A stretch of 64,000 nucleotides of DNA from Antedon mediterranea (taxonomy: Eukaryota; Animalia; Echinodermata). The stretch is taken from assembly GCF_964355755.1 (NCBI RefSeq), contig NC_092676.1, positions 21,780,871 to 21,844,870 on the forward strand, given 5' to 3'. Positions 1-13,739 of this stretch are shown in pieces; within the stretch, counting starts at the first letter, position 1, and every line of letters starts with the position of its first letter. Under the pieces are notes generated by a model that worked only from the letters and a program-made list of their open reading frames with translations, made no database searches and was not told where the DNA came from. A program made the position numbers and the translations under genes.

Positions 1-3000
1 AAAGGATTCAGCGTTGGAATTTGATGAAGACGATATTGATGCCCAGTTAGAAATGGCACTTGAACAGAAAAAAGTAAGCTTCTTTTACAGTATATATTGC
101 CTACTAAATTCTGAAACTTCAAATTAAAGTAATATTATACAGTTTAAATGACATGTGCAGACAGACTTACTTTATATGAAGACCGAAAACCAGAGAGATC
201 AGATTGTAGCATTTGCTGCAATATCCTGGATGAGGAATACACAGTACAGGCAATTATTAATCTACTAAAGCTCTGTCTAGTTTGACAAAAACAAAATGTG
301 ATATGCCCAAATATGGTAGTGGTATGCCCAAATATGGTAGTGATATGACATCATCATTTTTTTTTTGTCACATAAAGTGTGATAGTGTAGACTGAGATTT
401 ATGATTGTTGTTTTTTCATTTTATAGGCAGAGTTACGGGTTCTTGATGAAATTGAGCCATCTGATTCATCTGAGGAAGTGACTACAGTACAAAAGCGCAA
501 ACAAGATGAAATGTCTGAGAATATTTACAGTAAGTTTAAACTTTTAACATTGTCTTGAAGGGAATAGATTTCTGCATGCCATCTCAAAGCAGAATTAATG
601 AATAAAGATATCGAAGAACAAAAAATTTATATTTATCGTAACGTTGTGAAACTCAACAGAACTAAATATATGTGGTGTATTGCAAACTTTATATCAACAT
701 TTGATTTCACCATGAAAACCTTAAAAAAAAAAAATAATAGGTTAACAGGAAACAGGCCAAGAAGTACAGGGAAAATATTTGACATATTAATTGAAAACTT
801 TGCCATTTTAATGGTTTTTTGTTTATGTTGTGTCTAATATGTTCTTGTAGCCATCTTCTTCTGAAGACACATGACTGACATTGACGGATACTTGGTATCA
901 GTTGACTTCACTGCTGGTGTACTGTACTCGAGATCTATGTTTATACAATGCTATATACACTTTTATTTTAATTATTGAATAAATATTGAACTTGCACCGT
1001 TTATTCTTTTAATCACAAAAAATGTTTTGCTTATTTCTAGCCGAAAATGGAGAGATAAATCTGCTTCCATTCAAGAAGAAACGTATGGAAATGCTAAAAG
1101 GTCAGAAGCAGGCATTAATGGAAGACAAAGCCACACAGTGCGATGACCTGGACGTAGCAGAAGCTGCAAATGAAAAGACCAAACAGAAATCAAAAGAAGA
1201 AGCAGATCTGAAGGTAAGCTATAACTGAAATTGAGTTCAGATGAAAAAAGGCATATATAAAGACATCTGCAAACTATAGAAATTAATACAGACTTTCACG
1301 ATAACTAGACATTTTATGCCAGCACAGCGGTATATGGTTTGACAATCTAAGTATTTATTCCAATTATAACGTTTTGAAGGTTACTATCAGTATCTATATT
1401 ATACAGAGTGGTATTATTTATTACATTCTACAATAAATTTAATTGGTTAGTATACAAATAATGAATGTTTATGAGTGGAATGGTACAAATAATTTCATAA
1501 ATACACAAAACTCTCATGAGAGCATTTCTAAAGCATTATTGATATGCTGTTTGTAAGAGTTTGCGCCCTCTGGCCTTCCATCAACAAAAATAGAAATACA
1601 CCATGATTGCGAGCATTTATTTTTTATCATGTTACCCACAATCGTCCAATGAAATGACAGGAATATATCTAGGTGTTATATAGTTTATATGTTTAGTAGG
1701 ACTTTCTCCCAGTGCACTATTATGTTTGAACATTTATATCTATTGTTTTATTGTTGTTCTTCATAGGCTGAAATTGCTGGAGTGACATCAGATTTAAAAA
1801 GCAAGCTTGGATTTCTGGGAATGTCAAGGAAAGATCTCAACAAATTTCACATACTTTTGATTGAAATTGAGGTATATAGAAATCATTTGTCAAGTAAAAT
1901 GGAAACATATTAAACAATATCCGACATTTTTATAATGTCACTAATTTCCTTAGTCAAACAATTTTTTTTACAATAAAACTTCCAAAGTTCTGTGTTTCTC
2001 TTTTCCTGAGACTTCAAACGTCCCAAATGTGTATTTGTATGTTTACAGTCAAATACCTTCTGAATATTGGCAGGGATGTCACCACGCTGGTCGGCGCTGG
2101 TCGGCCCCGACCAGCACTCAACATTTCCGACCAGGATTTACAGGCTGCCGACCACCACTATTATTTATTAATCATTACGATATTTATATTAGGCCTAGGC
2201 CTAACTAAAATTCGTACTAAAACATTTTACCTAGCACATCGTCAAGCTAGCCTCATATAGATAAGACAAAAGACTACAGCAAATGTTTCCGTGGTTACGT
2301 ACGTTACTTTATTTGTAACACAATACCAGGCCTACCCTGCCCTGGTATTCATTGTTACAGCTTGTGAGTCATGGCGAACAACGTGCTACACAGCACAGTG
2401 TACAAGTTTAAAGTTCACATAGCGACCATTCAAGCGTTTTATTTTGCACAGATTAAAAATACAAACAAGTACGCAGTAATTAAAAATGTACAACTACATA
2501 GACCCAATAAAAATCATTTTTAATTGCTGAATGTTTTGTCACCCTGCTTTAATTATATTATGTTACTAGTTTTACATTTTTGTACTCTACGAACTATTAA
2601 AAAAAATAAAAAAACATGCGCATGGTTCAGTGAGACCGGGCAAGTTCGTTCGTTTATGATCGCCGAGCATGGTACAATAATTACACGTCCCTGGGATAAC
2701 TTCAGGTTGCTGAACTTCAGTTAACCCATAAACACGTGTCTGTTCTTGCCGGCCATGCACTACATGCTTGCCGCACAGTTGTGAAACAAAAAATCCGGAA
2801 TTCGCGAATACGCTAAACAACTCTCGCGCAAAAGAACACGAACATTATATCGAGCAACAAGTAGTAAGGTCTAGGCTAATAATTTATCTACAGTATTTGA
2901 TTAGGGATTAGGCCTAAATAAGGAAGCGCCTGTTTTTGTGGAATTCAGATTTTGGGGCATCTATCTAAGCCTTGGCTAGGCCTAGTGGTCGTAGTGTCTA

Positions 3001-6000
3001 CAAGGCTATTGCTATTCATTTCGTAGGCGTTTTTTTTGTTTTCGCGAATAATAACGGCGACTCCCCGGTGGTACAAGGTTAGGCCTAGACCTGACGCAAT
3101 TTGTTGTTATTATTATTTTCATAATTCTTTATGTTTCGCTAAAATAACGACAAACCCCGGGGGGGGGATACCTCGGGGGGACCCCCTCCCCGGGAAATTT
3201 GCCGACCGGCACTCCAAAAAGCTGGTGACATCCCTGATTGGAATTTCTGTTTTTGTTGATTTTTTTTTGCGTTATTACATTGCAATGATTTTCTGTTTTA
3301 GACACGTGTGCAAGACTGGCGAGATGGAATTCTAGACGGCAAGCACTTGAAGAAAAAATTAGAAATTGCTAACTGGGAATTAGAACTCTATGAACGAGAA
3401 GCTGCACCGCCCAGTTGGACGTGCGCGTGGGACAGGTACGGTCATTTCTTTTTTCTTGAGATACCAAAAATGACCGTACATATCATACACATTGAATGTT
3501 GTAACTTTTGTTGTTGAAAGTTTTAAGGAACACCGCAAAAAATAATCTCAACGAATTGACGGTAGTGAACAAAAAAAAAACTTGCTGAATCAGCACTAGT
3601 TGCAGAAGGAGTCGTCCGTAGCATATTTTTTTTTACAAATTTAATATACATTACCACATCAACAACATACAAACAACTTTTTTTTAAATATTTTTTTACA
3701 ATAAATGAGGGTGGTGTAATTTTTATAGAATATATTAAGTTGGCATGTAAGCCATATTTTTTGCTATGTATGAAATTTTTCTGAAACGTGGTGAGAGAAG
3801 ATGCGGCTATCTTTTACGATGAAGTAATGTGCTACAGAGGTGTAAAAATGGTCTTTCTGACGAGTACAACGATTTGTGAGTATGCCTTATACCCTAAGTC
3901 AGTCAAAGTTGAATGCAATTTTGACTGCCTTCTAAACCGCACTGTCTGGATAGCCGTAATTGAAAGGTTATTCCGACACTACCTTTCATGTTGTCAAAAA
4001 TTATAACTTGAAAGATGAAACGTCGATTCAATACCAATGTCAATTTTTTATTTCAAATTTAAGTAAAATTTATTAAAAGAATGATAATCTTCTGTTTTTC
4101 GCGCTTCATATTTTCTTGCCGGTTTTGACTTATTCCAATTGAAAACAAAATTGCAGCATTTTGTTATAATCCAATGTTTTCTGTCTTAGTACAAACATAG
4201 TGTTTGCAAAAAAGACAGTGAGACGATGCAGAAATATTTCATTAGTTACTGACTTTTTTTTAGTTTCACAGGACAGGGACCTTCTGATCTTCTTAGTTAT
4301 ATATTCTATACTTGTATGACATTCTCTCAAGTCAACCGAGTTTGAATTACAATTGATATAAGTTGTATTTTTCGTTCCATAGAACGCACAAATTGTACTA
4401 TTACGTAAACAACAACACCGGTGATTCACAATGGGAATACCCGTTAGAAGCGTTGCAGCAACACAAGCAGACAGTCGGCTCGGAAGGCAATCATGATCAG
4501 TTTGTGTGTAAGGATACTTTCAACCAGGCGTCTAGTGTTGGTGGCTACAACAACGAAAACAAAGATGAGACGGGTCACAACCAGAACAAACAAAAAGGTG
4601 TGTTCATGTGAATATAAATTAATTTATTAAATTGAAGGCACTTTTCTTAAGTATCAATAAGAATTTGTTACCATTATATTGTACATATAGATCCGGGCAT
4701 CATTTGATTGAATTTTTGAAATATTATTTTCACTATAAACCGTATAGATCTAGGATTACAAACTTTTATAATCTTGTTTCCGTGGAAAAAAAAAATTATT
4801 TATTGTCAGTCATTATTCTGCTAGTATAAACAGGCATCTATCCTCAAAATATACCTATTCACATTTCTCATTGAAGGTCGTACTTATAATGTACTATATA
4901 TGCAGTGTTATATTTTATTTGTTTGCAGAAATGGACAAAATTAGTAAAGAACCAATTGAGGAACCTCGCCCATCAATTGATGTAGACATTTCATCAGAAG
5001 TCTCAAGCGCTCCTCCATTACCTGATGAACCCCCTCCTCCACCACCCCCAGAGTTAGACATTCCACCACCTCCCCTTCCCAGTTCACCACCACCACCACT
5101 TCCTCCTAGGCCTCCTCCAGATTTTGACTCTGACAGTGAACCGCTTCCACCAGGAGTGAGTCCGCCACCTTCACCACCCCCAGAAATACCTCCAATGCCA
5201 TCGGAACCTTTACTTCCACAAGAGCCTGTTTCAATTGTATCAAAACCTGTGGTGAGATATGTTAATCCTGTATCGGTTGTCAATCCACCCATTATGATGG
5301 TACCAAGCTACTCGGCTGTACCGGTGCAACCGACACTGTATGCCCAACCAACTGTAGCACCACAACCTCCTCCACCACAGCCTGTAGTAAAGAAAGAACC
5401 TGTTCCGGTAAAGACAAAAACGAAGAAGACTAAAAAGGTACATTGACTTTTGTACTGGATAAATGACATAATAAATGTAGTGTATCAAATAAATTAAAAT
5501 AACATGGAATAGTAACAAAATATTCTTCTGCGATTTTTATTAAAAAGATTTTTGTGATATACCTGAAAATAAAGATGGTTTTCAAAAATAAAACAATTAT
5601 TTTGGGAACAAATTTGACGCCCTTCTCCAACCTTCGCACCAATATCCACGCAATCATGTATGATTTTCTTTCTGTTATTAATAATATACAATTTTTATTT
5701 TTAACATAGACATGCATAGCACTGTGTAGTTTGTGGTTAACATGCTTGCTTACCATCTCCATAGTCCTTGGTTCGAGTCTTTTCTTTGTCAAAGTACCAT
5801 GATTGTTATCATCACCATCGCCTTGTTTGTGTTTGAAATAAAATAATAATTTCATTAAATTTGATTTTTTCTTTCAGATTAAAAAAAACCTTGCCAACAA
5901 AACTCTTCCCTTGCATTTAGTCGAGAAGTGGAAACAGATTAAGGAAGAGCAAGAAAAAGAGGAAGAGGTTGTTGAAGAAGAGGAAGAAGACATGGAGACA

Positions 6001-7184
6001 ATGAACCAAAGAAGGATAGAAGAGTGGAAGGAAAAGCAACGTCTCACGTAAGTACTGACTTACTCTGTTCAGACTTGCATCATTAAGGTGCCTTATCTAA
6101 AGCAAGGTGTAACTTAGTCCATAGCATTCAGACACAACAATTAACTTTCCTGTCTCTTATTTTTAAATAACAACAGTGTATGAATTTTAATTTAACTCTT
6201 GTTTGAACACTAAAGCAAGGTGTAACATAATCCATAGCATTCAGACACGACAAATAACTTGTCTAATGTTTAAATGGAAATTCCTTCGTCTATGTTCAGA
6301 CTCGCAGCATTGAGGTTTCTTGTCTAAAGCAATTTTTCATATGCTTAAATGGAAATTCATCGGACTCTGTTCGGACTCGCAGCATTAAGATTTCGTATCT
6401 AAAGCAAGGTGTAACATAGTCCATAGCATTTAGACACGACAAACAACTTTTCCAATGCCTAATGTTTAAATATAAATTCATTAGGCTTCCTTCGTCTATG
6501 TTCAGACTCGCAGCATTATGGTTTCTTATCTAAAGCAAGGTGTAACATAATCCATAGCATTCAAATTATTTGATACAATTAATTTTCCCAATGTTTAAAT
6601 GGATATTTTGAAAATTTAGACTTGAAACATTAAGGTTTCCTATCTAAGTGTAACATAATCCATGGCATTAACAATTAAGGTGTTCAGACAAAACTATTAA
6701 TTTTCCTAATGCCTAGCATATAAAATCGTGGTCTGCTTATTTTTCGGTATCAAAATCGTCGCTAATTACAGCCCTGCTCGCGAGCCCTGTCGAAATGTTA
6801 TTTTTGAAATAAGTCATATAAAATGTTAAAATTAAAATTGATAAACTGGGGTTGTTGGAAGAAGACCATGAAGAAAATCAAATATTCAGGGCCGTAACCA
6901 GCATGAGGCAGAGAGATTTTCAATTTTCACTACCCGCCCTATTTCCCCAGCAGAGATCATCATATTTTATATTAATAATTATATTTAAAGCATCTTTGCC
7001 TTGTCAATTTTCTCTCATTGCTACAGCCTTTTAATAATGATATAATAAGATTAATAACAAAATAATTTAGCTTTACGTTAAATATCCTTTATTTTTCAGA
7101 GGAAAAGCGTCTTACAATGCTAATTTTGAAACGATCAAAGGAGATTGGAGAGAACGTCTAAAACGAAAAACTACAAAATCATAA
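1..7184 (+). CDS. FNBP4: Formin-binding protein 4 orthologue, 3' part (9 exons; 5' end lies upstream of the window)
   Basis: Exons with GT-AG boundaries and consistent phases: <1-73, 427-529, 1041-1213, 1767-1871, 3302-3435, 4383-4597, 4929-5437, 5878-6047, 7100-7184 (TAA). The spliced peptide has LEMALEQKKAELRVL, SKLGFLG..FHILLIEIETRVQDWRDG, a WW domain (PPSWTCAWDRTHKLYYYVNNNTGDSQWEYP), a poly-Pro region and the C-terminus LVEKWKQI..RIEEWKEKQ..NANFETIKGDWRERLKRK. All match vertebrate FNBP4 as I recall it. Confidence 0.93.
2071..3236. mobile_element. Non-autonomous DNA transposon (hAT-like termini) in an FNBP4 intron
   Basis: 14-bp TIR CAGGGATGTCACCA / TGGTGACATCCCTG; 5-bp direct repeat ATTGG on both sides (2066-2070, 3237-3241); no transposase ORF. 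Confidence 0.8.
6060..6700. repeat. Degenerate tandem repeat (~100-130 bp units) in an FNBP4 intron
   Basis: The motif CTAAAGCAAGGTGTAACATAATCCATAGCATTCAGACAC recurs about five times with variable spacers. Confidence 0.7.
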
Positions 7185-7436
7185 CATTAACCACCTTAAT
7201 ACTAGGTATATTTGTTGTTGAACGTTCATAAAGTCATGGAGAAATAAACCATGATGGACATTGTAAATATCTTTCGTGGATAAAGGTATAGCCTTATGAG
7301 GGCGCCCTTTAAATTATGAACAAATATTGCAAACTGTATCTTTACATTTGTAATGTCATTATGTGCCGAAAGCATGTCTATTAGGGTATGTAAGTTTTTA
7401 CCAAACAAGTTTTATTTTAATTTAAGCTATACTTAA

Positions 7437-8056
7437 AGACACCTTCCCTACGTTTTTTAGATCTATTTTAAGATCACAAACTATATTTAATGTAAAAATA
7501 ATACTATATGGTCCTATTGCGATAACTTTTTTCGTCTTTAAATGGTTAAAAATGTGAAAAATAAGTCGATTCTAATAATTATAGCGGCCCGCTATAAATC
7601 CCAAAATGCATTGCGCGCGGATTGATATTTCTGCTTTTCTTCTGTAATTAACCCACTTTTCGATCGATCGCGAGGCCAAAACAAATGGAAGACTCCTAAC
7701 TTTTCAGCGAAAATACCGGGTTTTCCCCAATTTGTATCAACGGAGTCTGGCAAAAATAGAAAGACAATTAATGCAGCAACTATACAACGTCAGGCTAGGT
7801 ATATAGCTAGCGTACGATGTTCGTACGTTACCAATGTTTACCAGGCGGCCTACAAAACTAAGCTAGGCTAGGCCTAAAGACCGTCCACGAGAGGTCAGTT
7901 GCAGTGAGCTACTTTAGTAGTGCATTGTTTCTCACTTTTTATTATAATTTACCATAAAACGTACATTTAAGACAAGGAATGACCTGGTTTAATGTTTTTA
8001 AAGTAATATATATGTATTATTTTTACAAAACGTCACAAATTGTAGGGAAGGTGTCT
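7437..8056. mobile_element. TTAA-target MITE (Kolobok-like)
   Basis: TTAA|AGACACCTTCCCTAC ... GTAGGGAAGGTGTCT|TTAA: a 15-bp TIR starting AG, with a TTAA TSD. Confidence 0.8.
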
Positions 8057-8718
8057 TTAAATACTCTATGTATGATTGTAGTCTCAGGATTGCATATTGG
8101 GTTTCCATTGAGAAAGCGGATTAATTTTTATACTGTATAATTTGAAATTGTACTACATAGTCAGTTCATCTAAACTATTTGGCATATTCTAATCGTGTTC
8201 TAATGTTTACCCAATCTGATAATGTTATTTATTTATTATTATAAATCATGTACCATGTTAATAATTGATGTTAATGCAATGATTAATTGCCACCAATAAT
8301 GCCCAAATATGGTACTGATATGACTTCATCGTGTCCATATTATCGGAACAATACATTTTTTTGTCACATAAACTTTGATAGTGTAGACAGAGCTTAACTC
8401 AATAAAAACTAGTAGATTGGTATTATTCAGAATAAAAAAAAATTCAAAACTTAATAGGAGTCTCTAAAACCTTTAATTCATCTCCCAGTTTCCAGAAAAG
8501 CGAAATGCCATGAATGTTATTTTTTTTTATGAAATCATTTAAAAAATAAACTTCATAAAAATCAAACTGAGGAGTCCGTAAACAACACACTGAAAATTCT
8601 GAGTGTATTAAGGGATCATGTCATTATAAAATAATCTACCGCAGTTACTGTAATGATTTCAGTTTGTTTTATTGTTTGTAAGGCATTCATTGTAATAATC
8701 ATGGTGACTGTATGATTA

Positions 8719-9987
8719 GGCCTAAAAAAAAAAATTGTTTGTTTGCTGTCAAGTTTTTTTTTTTTGGTAGGGGGGGCGGGTGGAAAAAAGTTTTTTTTTT
8801 TTTTTTTTTTTTTTTTAATGTTAATTTCTCTGTTAATTGCTCGCGAATTTGAGAGTAACAAAACACACTGAATAAAACAACGAGCTCAAACATCTATTCA
8901 TAATTTGTTTCACACTTTAATTCTGTTTTGGGCACGTTAGGCCCCGTGTCTAAACTAGCCTAGGCTAGGCCTACTACACTACACAGTAGGTCGTTGTTAG
9001 CAGGCCTAATTAAATATTTTAATTTTTAGAAGTTAGTGTACCGTATATTTCGGTGTATAAGTCGCACCTGTGTATAATAAGACGCACCCGACCCCTAACT
9101 GAGAGTAAAATATCGGTATTTTGTATATCGTCGATGTATAAGACGGCCGCGCCCAGTAGCCTCAACAAGAAGGGAAGTCCCCCATTCCGTCAGTTCTTTC
9201 TAACTTGTTATGAATGAGTTTCGCACCCGCAACATCGAGTGCATGACCGCACGTGTGTGTGGGCTAGCCTCGCTCGATCCTTTTATCGAGAGGCGCAAGT
9301 ACGTTTTCACGGACAATCGTATTCGATTAGTATCTATGTATCCTGAAGTGTGTACGCTAGGAGGTCTATGCTATAATCAACTGGAGAATATACTAGTCGA
9401 ATACTGTGTAAACAATGTGGTTGCCAAGAAGGGCTCGCTCGCGCTGGGGGTACGACGGTCGTGCGTATAACTATAATACTATTCCAATCGTAAACGTCGT
9501 TTTCAAATGAAATTTTATCGGAGCGCCTAAAAAACAGCTCCATAATGAAAAAATCACGCTAAAATGCCTTGAAAACTAGCAGGTTGCTGTTACGCTAGTA
9601 CACTGTAGCTAGGCTAGGCAACTCTTTAGACTTTAGTAATACTAATAGGCCTTACCTTAAAAAGCCCAGGCCTAGCCAACAAGGTGGCGATATCTGTGTG
9701 TTGAGGCATTTATGTTCGGTGTATAAGACGCACCCTTAATTTAGAGGTTAAATTTGCGTGTCAAAAGTGCGATTATACACCGAAATATACGCTACGTTAT
9801 TATTTTTATTGTTTCATCCTCGCACACTCGATTTTTACACCTTTTCGGCCAAAAAAAATCATTAAAAAAAAAAAAAATTTAAAGCGCCCTCAACGTAAAA
9901 AAAAACTTTTTCTTATTTCCGCCCCAAATTTTTGGCGAAATTAGGGGCGGCGGATGACAGCAAACAAACTATTTTTTTTTTTTGGCC
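8719..9987. mobile_element. PIF/Harbinger-like MITE (host of a nested element)
   Basis: TTA|GGCCTAAAAAAAAAATTGTTTGTTTGCTGTCA ... TGACAGCAAACAAACTATTTTTTTTTTTTGGCC|TTA; TTA TSD. Confidence 0.7.
9041..9792. mobile_element. Tc1/mariner (pogo/Tigger-like) MITE nested in the Harbinger-like MITE
   Basis: TA|CCGTATATTTCGGTGTATAAGTCGCAC ... GTGCGATTATACACCGAAATATACGC|TA; TA TSD; internal repeats of TATAAGACGCACC. Confidence 0.8.
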
Positions 9988-10436
9988 TTACCAAAAATTT
10001 TGCTAGACAATTGCAAAAACAGGTTAAAAGTGTGAACAAAATGTGGTTACTGCAGTAACTGCTGTAGCTTGCTTTTTTACATACTCCCAACATTTTGAGA
10101 AATTGCAATCCTTTCATAATTTAGTGTAATGTAGTACTGTAGATGGGTGGAAATAGCCTTTTGAATCAAACAAACTGCAAAAGTGAGTTTTTTTGCTGAA
10201 ACATCTAATTATTATGTCAAATGGCAGCCATTTTGATTTTGTGCAAATTAGGCCACTTATACTGGGCAGATCAGGGTAGATTTTGGATATAGCATTCTCT
10301 AATATATTGTTAACATATTTCAACAACAATAAATAATAAAACAAACTTTTGCAATTTGTTTGATTCAAAGGCTATTTTTTACCTATTTCCACCCATCTAT
10401 AGATATAATAAATAACTGACCATTCTTTTATATCAT

Positions 10437-11360
10437 GTTTTATACTGTATAATACCTCTTCTTTGAGTCGTTTTATACTGTATAATACCTCTTCTTTGAG
10501 TCGTTTTATACTGTATAATACCTCTTCTTTGAGTCGTTTTATACTGTATAATATCTCTTCTTTGAGTCGTTTTATACTGTATAATACCTCTTCTTTGAGT
10601 CGTTTTATACTGTATAATACCTCTTCTTTGAGTCGTTTTATACTGTATAATACCTCTTCTTTGAGTCGTTTTATACTGTATAATACCTCTTCTTTGAGTC
10701 GTTTTATACTGTATAATATCTCTTCTTTGAGTCGTTTTATACTGTATAATACCTCTTCTTTGAGTCGTTTTATACTGTATAATACCTCTTCTTTGAGTCG
10801 TTTTATACTGTATAATACCTCTTCTTTGAGTCCTTTTATACTGTATAATACCTCTTCTTTGAGTCGTTTTATACTGTATAATACCTCTTCTTTGAGTCCT
10901 TTTATACTGTATAATACCTCTTCTTTGAGTCGTTTTATACTGTATAATACCTCTTCTTTGAGTCGTTTTATACTGTATAATATCTCTTCTTTGAGTCGTT
11001 TTATACTGTATAATACCTCTTCTTTGAGTCCTTTTATACTGTATAATACCTCTTCTTTGAGTCCTTTTATACTGTATAATACCTCTTCTTTGAGTCGTTT
11101 TATACTGTATAATACCTCTTCTTTGAGTCGTTTTATACTGTATAATACCTCTTCTTTGAGTCGTTTTATACTGTATAATACCTCTTCTTTGAGTCCTTTT
11201 ATACTGTATAATACCTCTTCTTTGAGTCCTTTTATACTGTATAATACCTCTTCTTTGAGTCGTTTTATACTGTATAATACCTCTTCTTTGAGTCGTTTTA
11301 TACTGTATAATACCTCTTCTTTGAGTCGTTTTATACTGTATAATACCTCTTCTTTGAGTC
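10437..11360. repeat. 33-bp minisatellite, ~28 near-identical copies
   Basis: Unit TTTATACTGTATAATACCTCTTCTTTGAGTCGT repeated head-to-tail with only two recurring variants (ACC/ATC, CGT/CCT); no spacers. Confidence 0.97.
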
Positions 11361-11984
11361 ATTCGTATTAAGAGGACAAAAGGGTTCTTTAATAGAGGTT
11401 TCACTGTAGTTCTACAAAAACTACTGTATGAGAAAGTGTCTGATTTTTATATACTGACTTAAATGTTTACAATTACTGACTGTACCAATACGTTTCCAGG
11501 CTACTGATTATCAGTTTTTACTTGTCAAAAGCCATTTGGACTACTAGTAACGTTTAGTTGTTTGATATCAATGTTTAAGCTTTCACAAATATGTTTGAGC
11601 TCTGGTAAGTAGTAAGTGATTCGAACTACCGATTAAGTGGTCTTGTCTACCACTTTCATGCAATGCTATTCAGTTCATACAATGCAATTTCTGAAACATT
11701 CTTGAGTTTTTTATTTCGTAAATAACCACAGTGTATGAAAAGTTTGTTTGAACAACCAAGAAGTTCTTCTTGAAACAACAGAATAATGACATGAATTCCT
11801 TCGAATGTATATAAATATTAGGTTAGTTCCAATACAAGGTTGTACAATACATCTCGTTAATTAAGGGGACACAGAACCCAGCACATTGTACCTTTAATAA
11901 AGGGTGTCCTAGAGGAGGGTTCCATTGTAATTAAAAAAGCAGTTTTGTGATACCGCATTACAAATGCGTCAGTTTTGTATCATG

Positions 11985-12075
11985 GAATGATACATGACTT
12001 GCATGGGATGAAACATGTCTCGCATGGGATGAAACATGACTCCCATGGGATGAAACATGTCTTACATGGGATTGG
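11985..12075. repeat. 20-bp tandem repeat, ~4 copies
   Basis: CATGGGATGAAACATG(T/A)CT unit repeated. Confidence 0.75.
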
Positions 12076-13739
12076 ATACACATAGTACCCTGTACCATGC
12101 AGTTTATTTGGAAAGATGGTAGATACAGTACTGAGATTAAATCTGTTGAAAATTAAATATTTAAATTAATTGCATAGTACCGTGCTGCTCTTCACAGAGT
12201 TTATTCAAGAAGAGTATGTCTGCCTGTTTATCAAACGTTCCTTCTGAGGTAGCATTACATCATTGTGTCAATGTTATGAATGTGCATTAACAGGAACAGG
12301 ATTCTCTGTAGAATTATTTTGAAGTTGTAACAGTGACATTTAACAGTAGACATTGTCTACACTAGCAAAACATTTCTTGACAAACTAAACGTTTGGTCAA
12401 GTTGGTAAGTTTAGACTTCGCACTTTATAAGAAGAGTGTGTGGCAAACTAAGTACAGTGTACACTAGTATAAATATACTCATTTCTCAATGGTAAAACCA
12501 AGCTGTTTTTTTAAATGATGAAAATAAAGTTTCATATTAAATAACATGCTTTTTTTTATTTATTTGATTAAACCTTTATTGAGGATGACCAGCAATAAAC
12601 GGAAATAACCAGCAAATACTGACAAGGACACGTAAAAACACAGATGTAAAAGTAGGCCTTCTACAAAAACAAAAGTATAGCATTAATGTGGCTGATTGAT
12701 ACCTAATTTTATTATTACATTTACACACTTCGCTGACGATATTCTCACTTTAATATTTTCATCCCTATTTACACTTACCACAAAGCCGGCACTTAGTTCT
12801 CGCAAAGATCGTTTAATTAGGATGACGTCACACTCGTCGGATACCATAGACATACCAGAAAATCCTCTTGGTTTTAGTATTACAGTTTATTTTTAATTTG
12901 GTTTTATCGAACTCCCGTCTTATCTGAGTATTATCTGTTTTAATCTAGTCTATCTTTATTTTTATACAGTACTCATATTTTTTTATATTGTATGTTTAAT
13001 TGTTTTAAGGATGCACCATTATTATGTGTGCCGCTGTTCAAAAAGCGTTTTCCAAATAAATTATTATATAGGCCTATTATTATTATTTGCGCCACAGCCG
13101 CAAAACACCCCTCCCTCAACGGCGGAGACATATGGCGAAGGAATTTGTATTAAATGACACCTCCAGTTGGCCGGAAATGGTACTCTCGCACGTAAAATTC
13201 ACGATAAATAGAAATGACGCTCTATATCGGGCTACAGTAGAAAACAGATCGTATCACGCCTGTTTTTTCCGCCGGTAAAACACAAGCGACAAATAGGAAA
13301 ACATTTTTTTCGTTCAATGCGAAGGTCAGAGGAGGTCCCTGACGAAGGTATTTCCGGTCATGTAATAAATGTTAGGAATTAAAATCAATTAATACAAATT
13401 AATTATTATCAATTAATAACTAGAACAATTTCGAAAAAAAATGTGAAGCTACTGCTATAAATATATTGAGCAAAACGTTATATTGTATCGGGAAATCGGG
13501 AAAAGAAGCGTAAAAAAGAGTAAAGTATTTTTACTTTTGATTACAATACATTGTTTCAGCGCCGTGCTAATTTACTTTTTATTAGAGGTCATCATTGCCG
13601 TTGCTGTCTGTAAATTTGTAGGAGTTGCGAAGTGGATTGCCTATTTTCACCTGAAAAATAAACGCATTTTGGTCCCTGGATAATAATAACAATAATAGTC
13701 TGTTCTTATAGCGCATATAAAATATCTACTTCTCAATAG

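Noticed and set aside
4915-5292. Gly-rich 125-aa minus-strand ORF
   Set aside because: Antisense shadow of the Pro-rich FNBP4 exon.
10433-11404. 323-aa and 302-aa ORFs, or a CRISPR-like array
   Set aside because: Pure 33-bp tandem repeat with no unique spacers and no cas genes, in a eukaryotic context; the ORFs are a by-product of a stop-free 11-codon unit.
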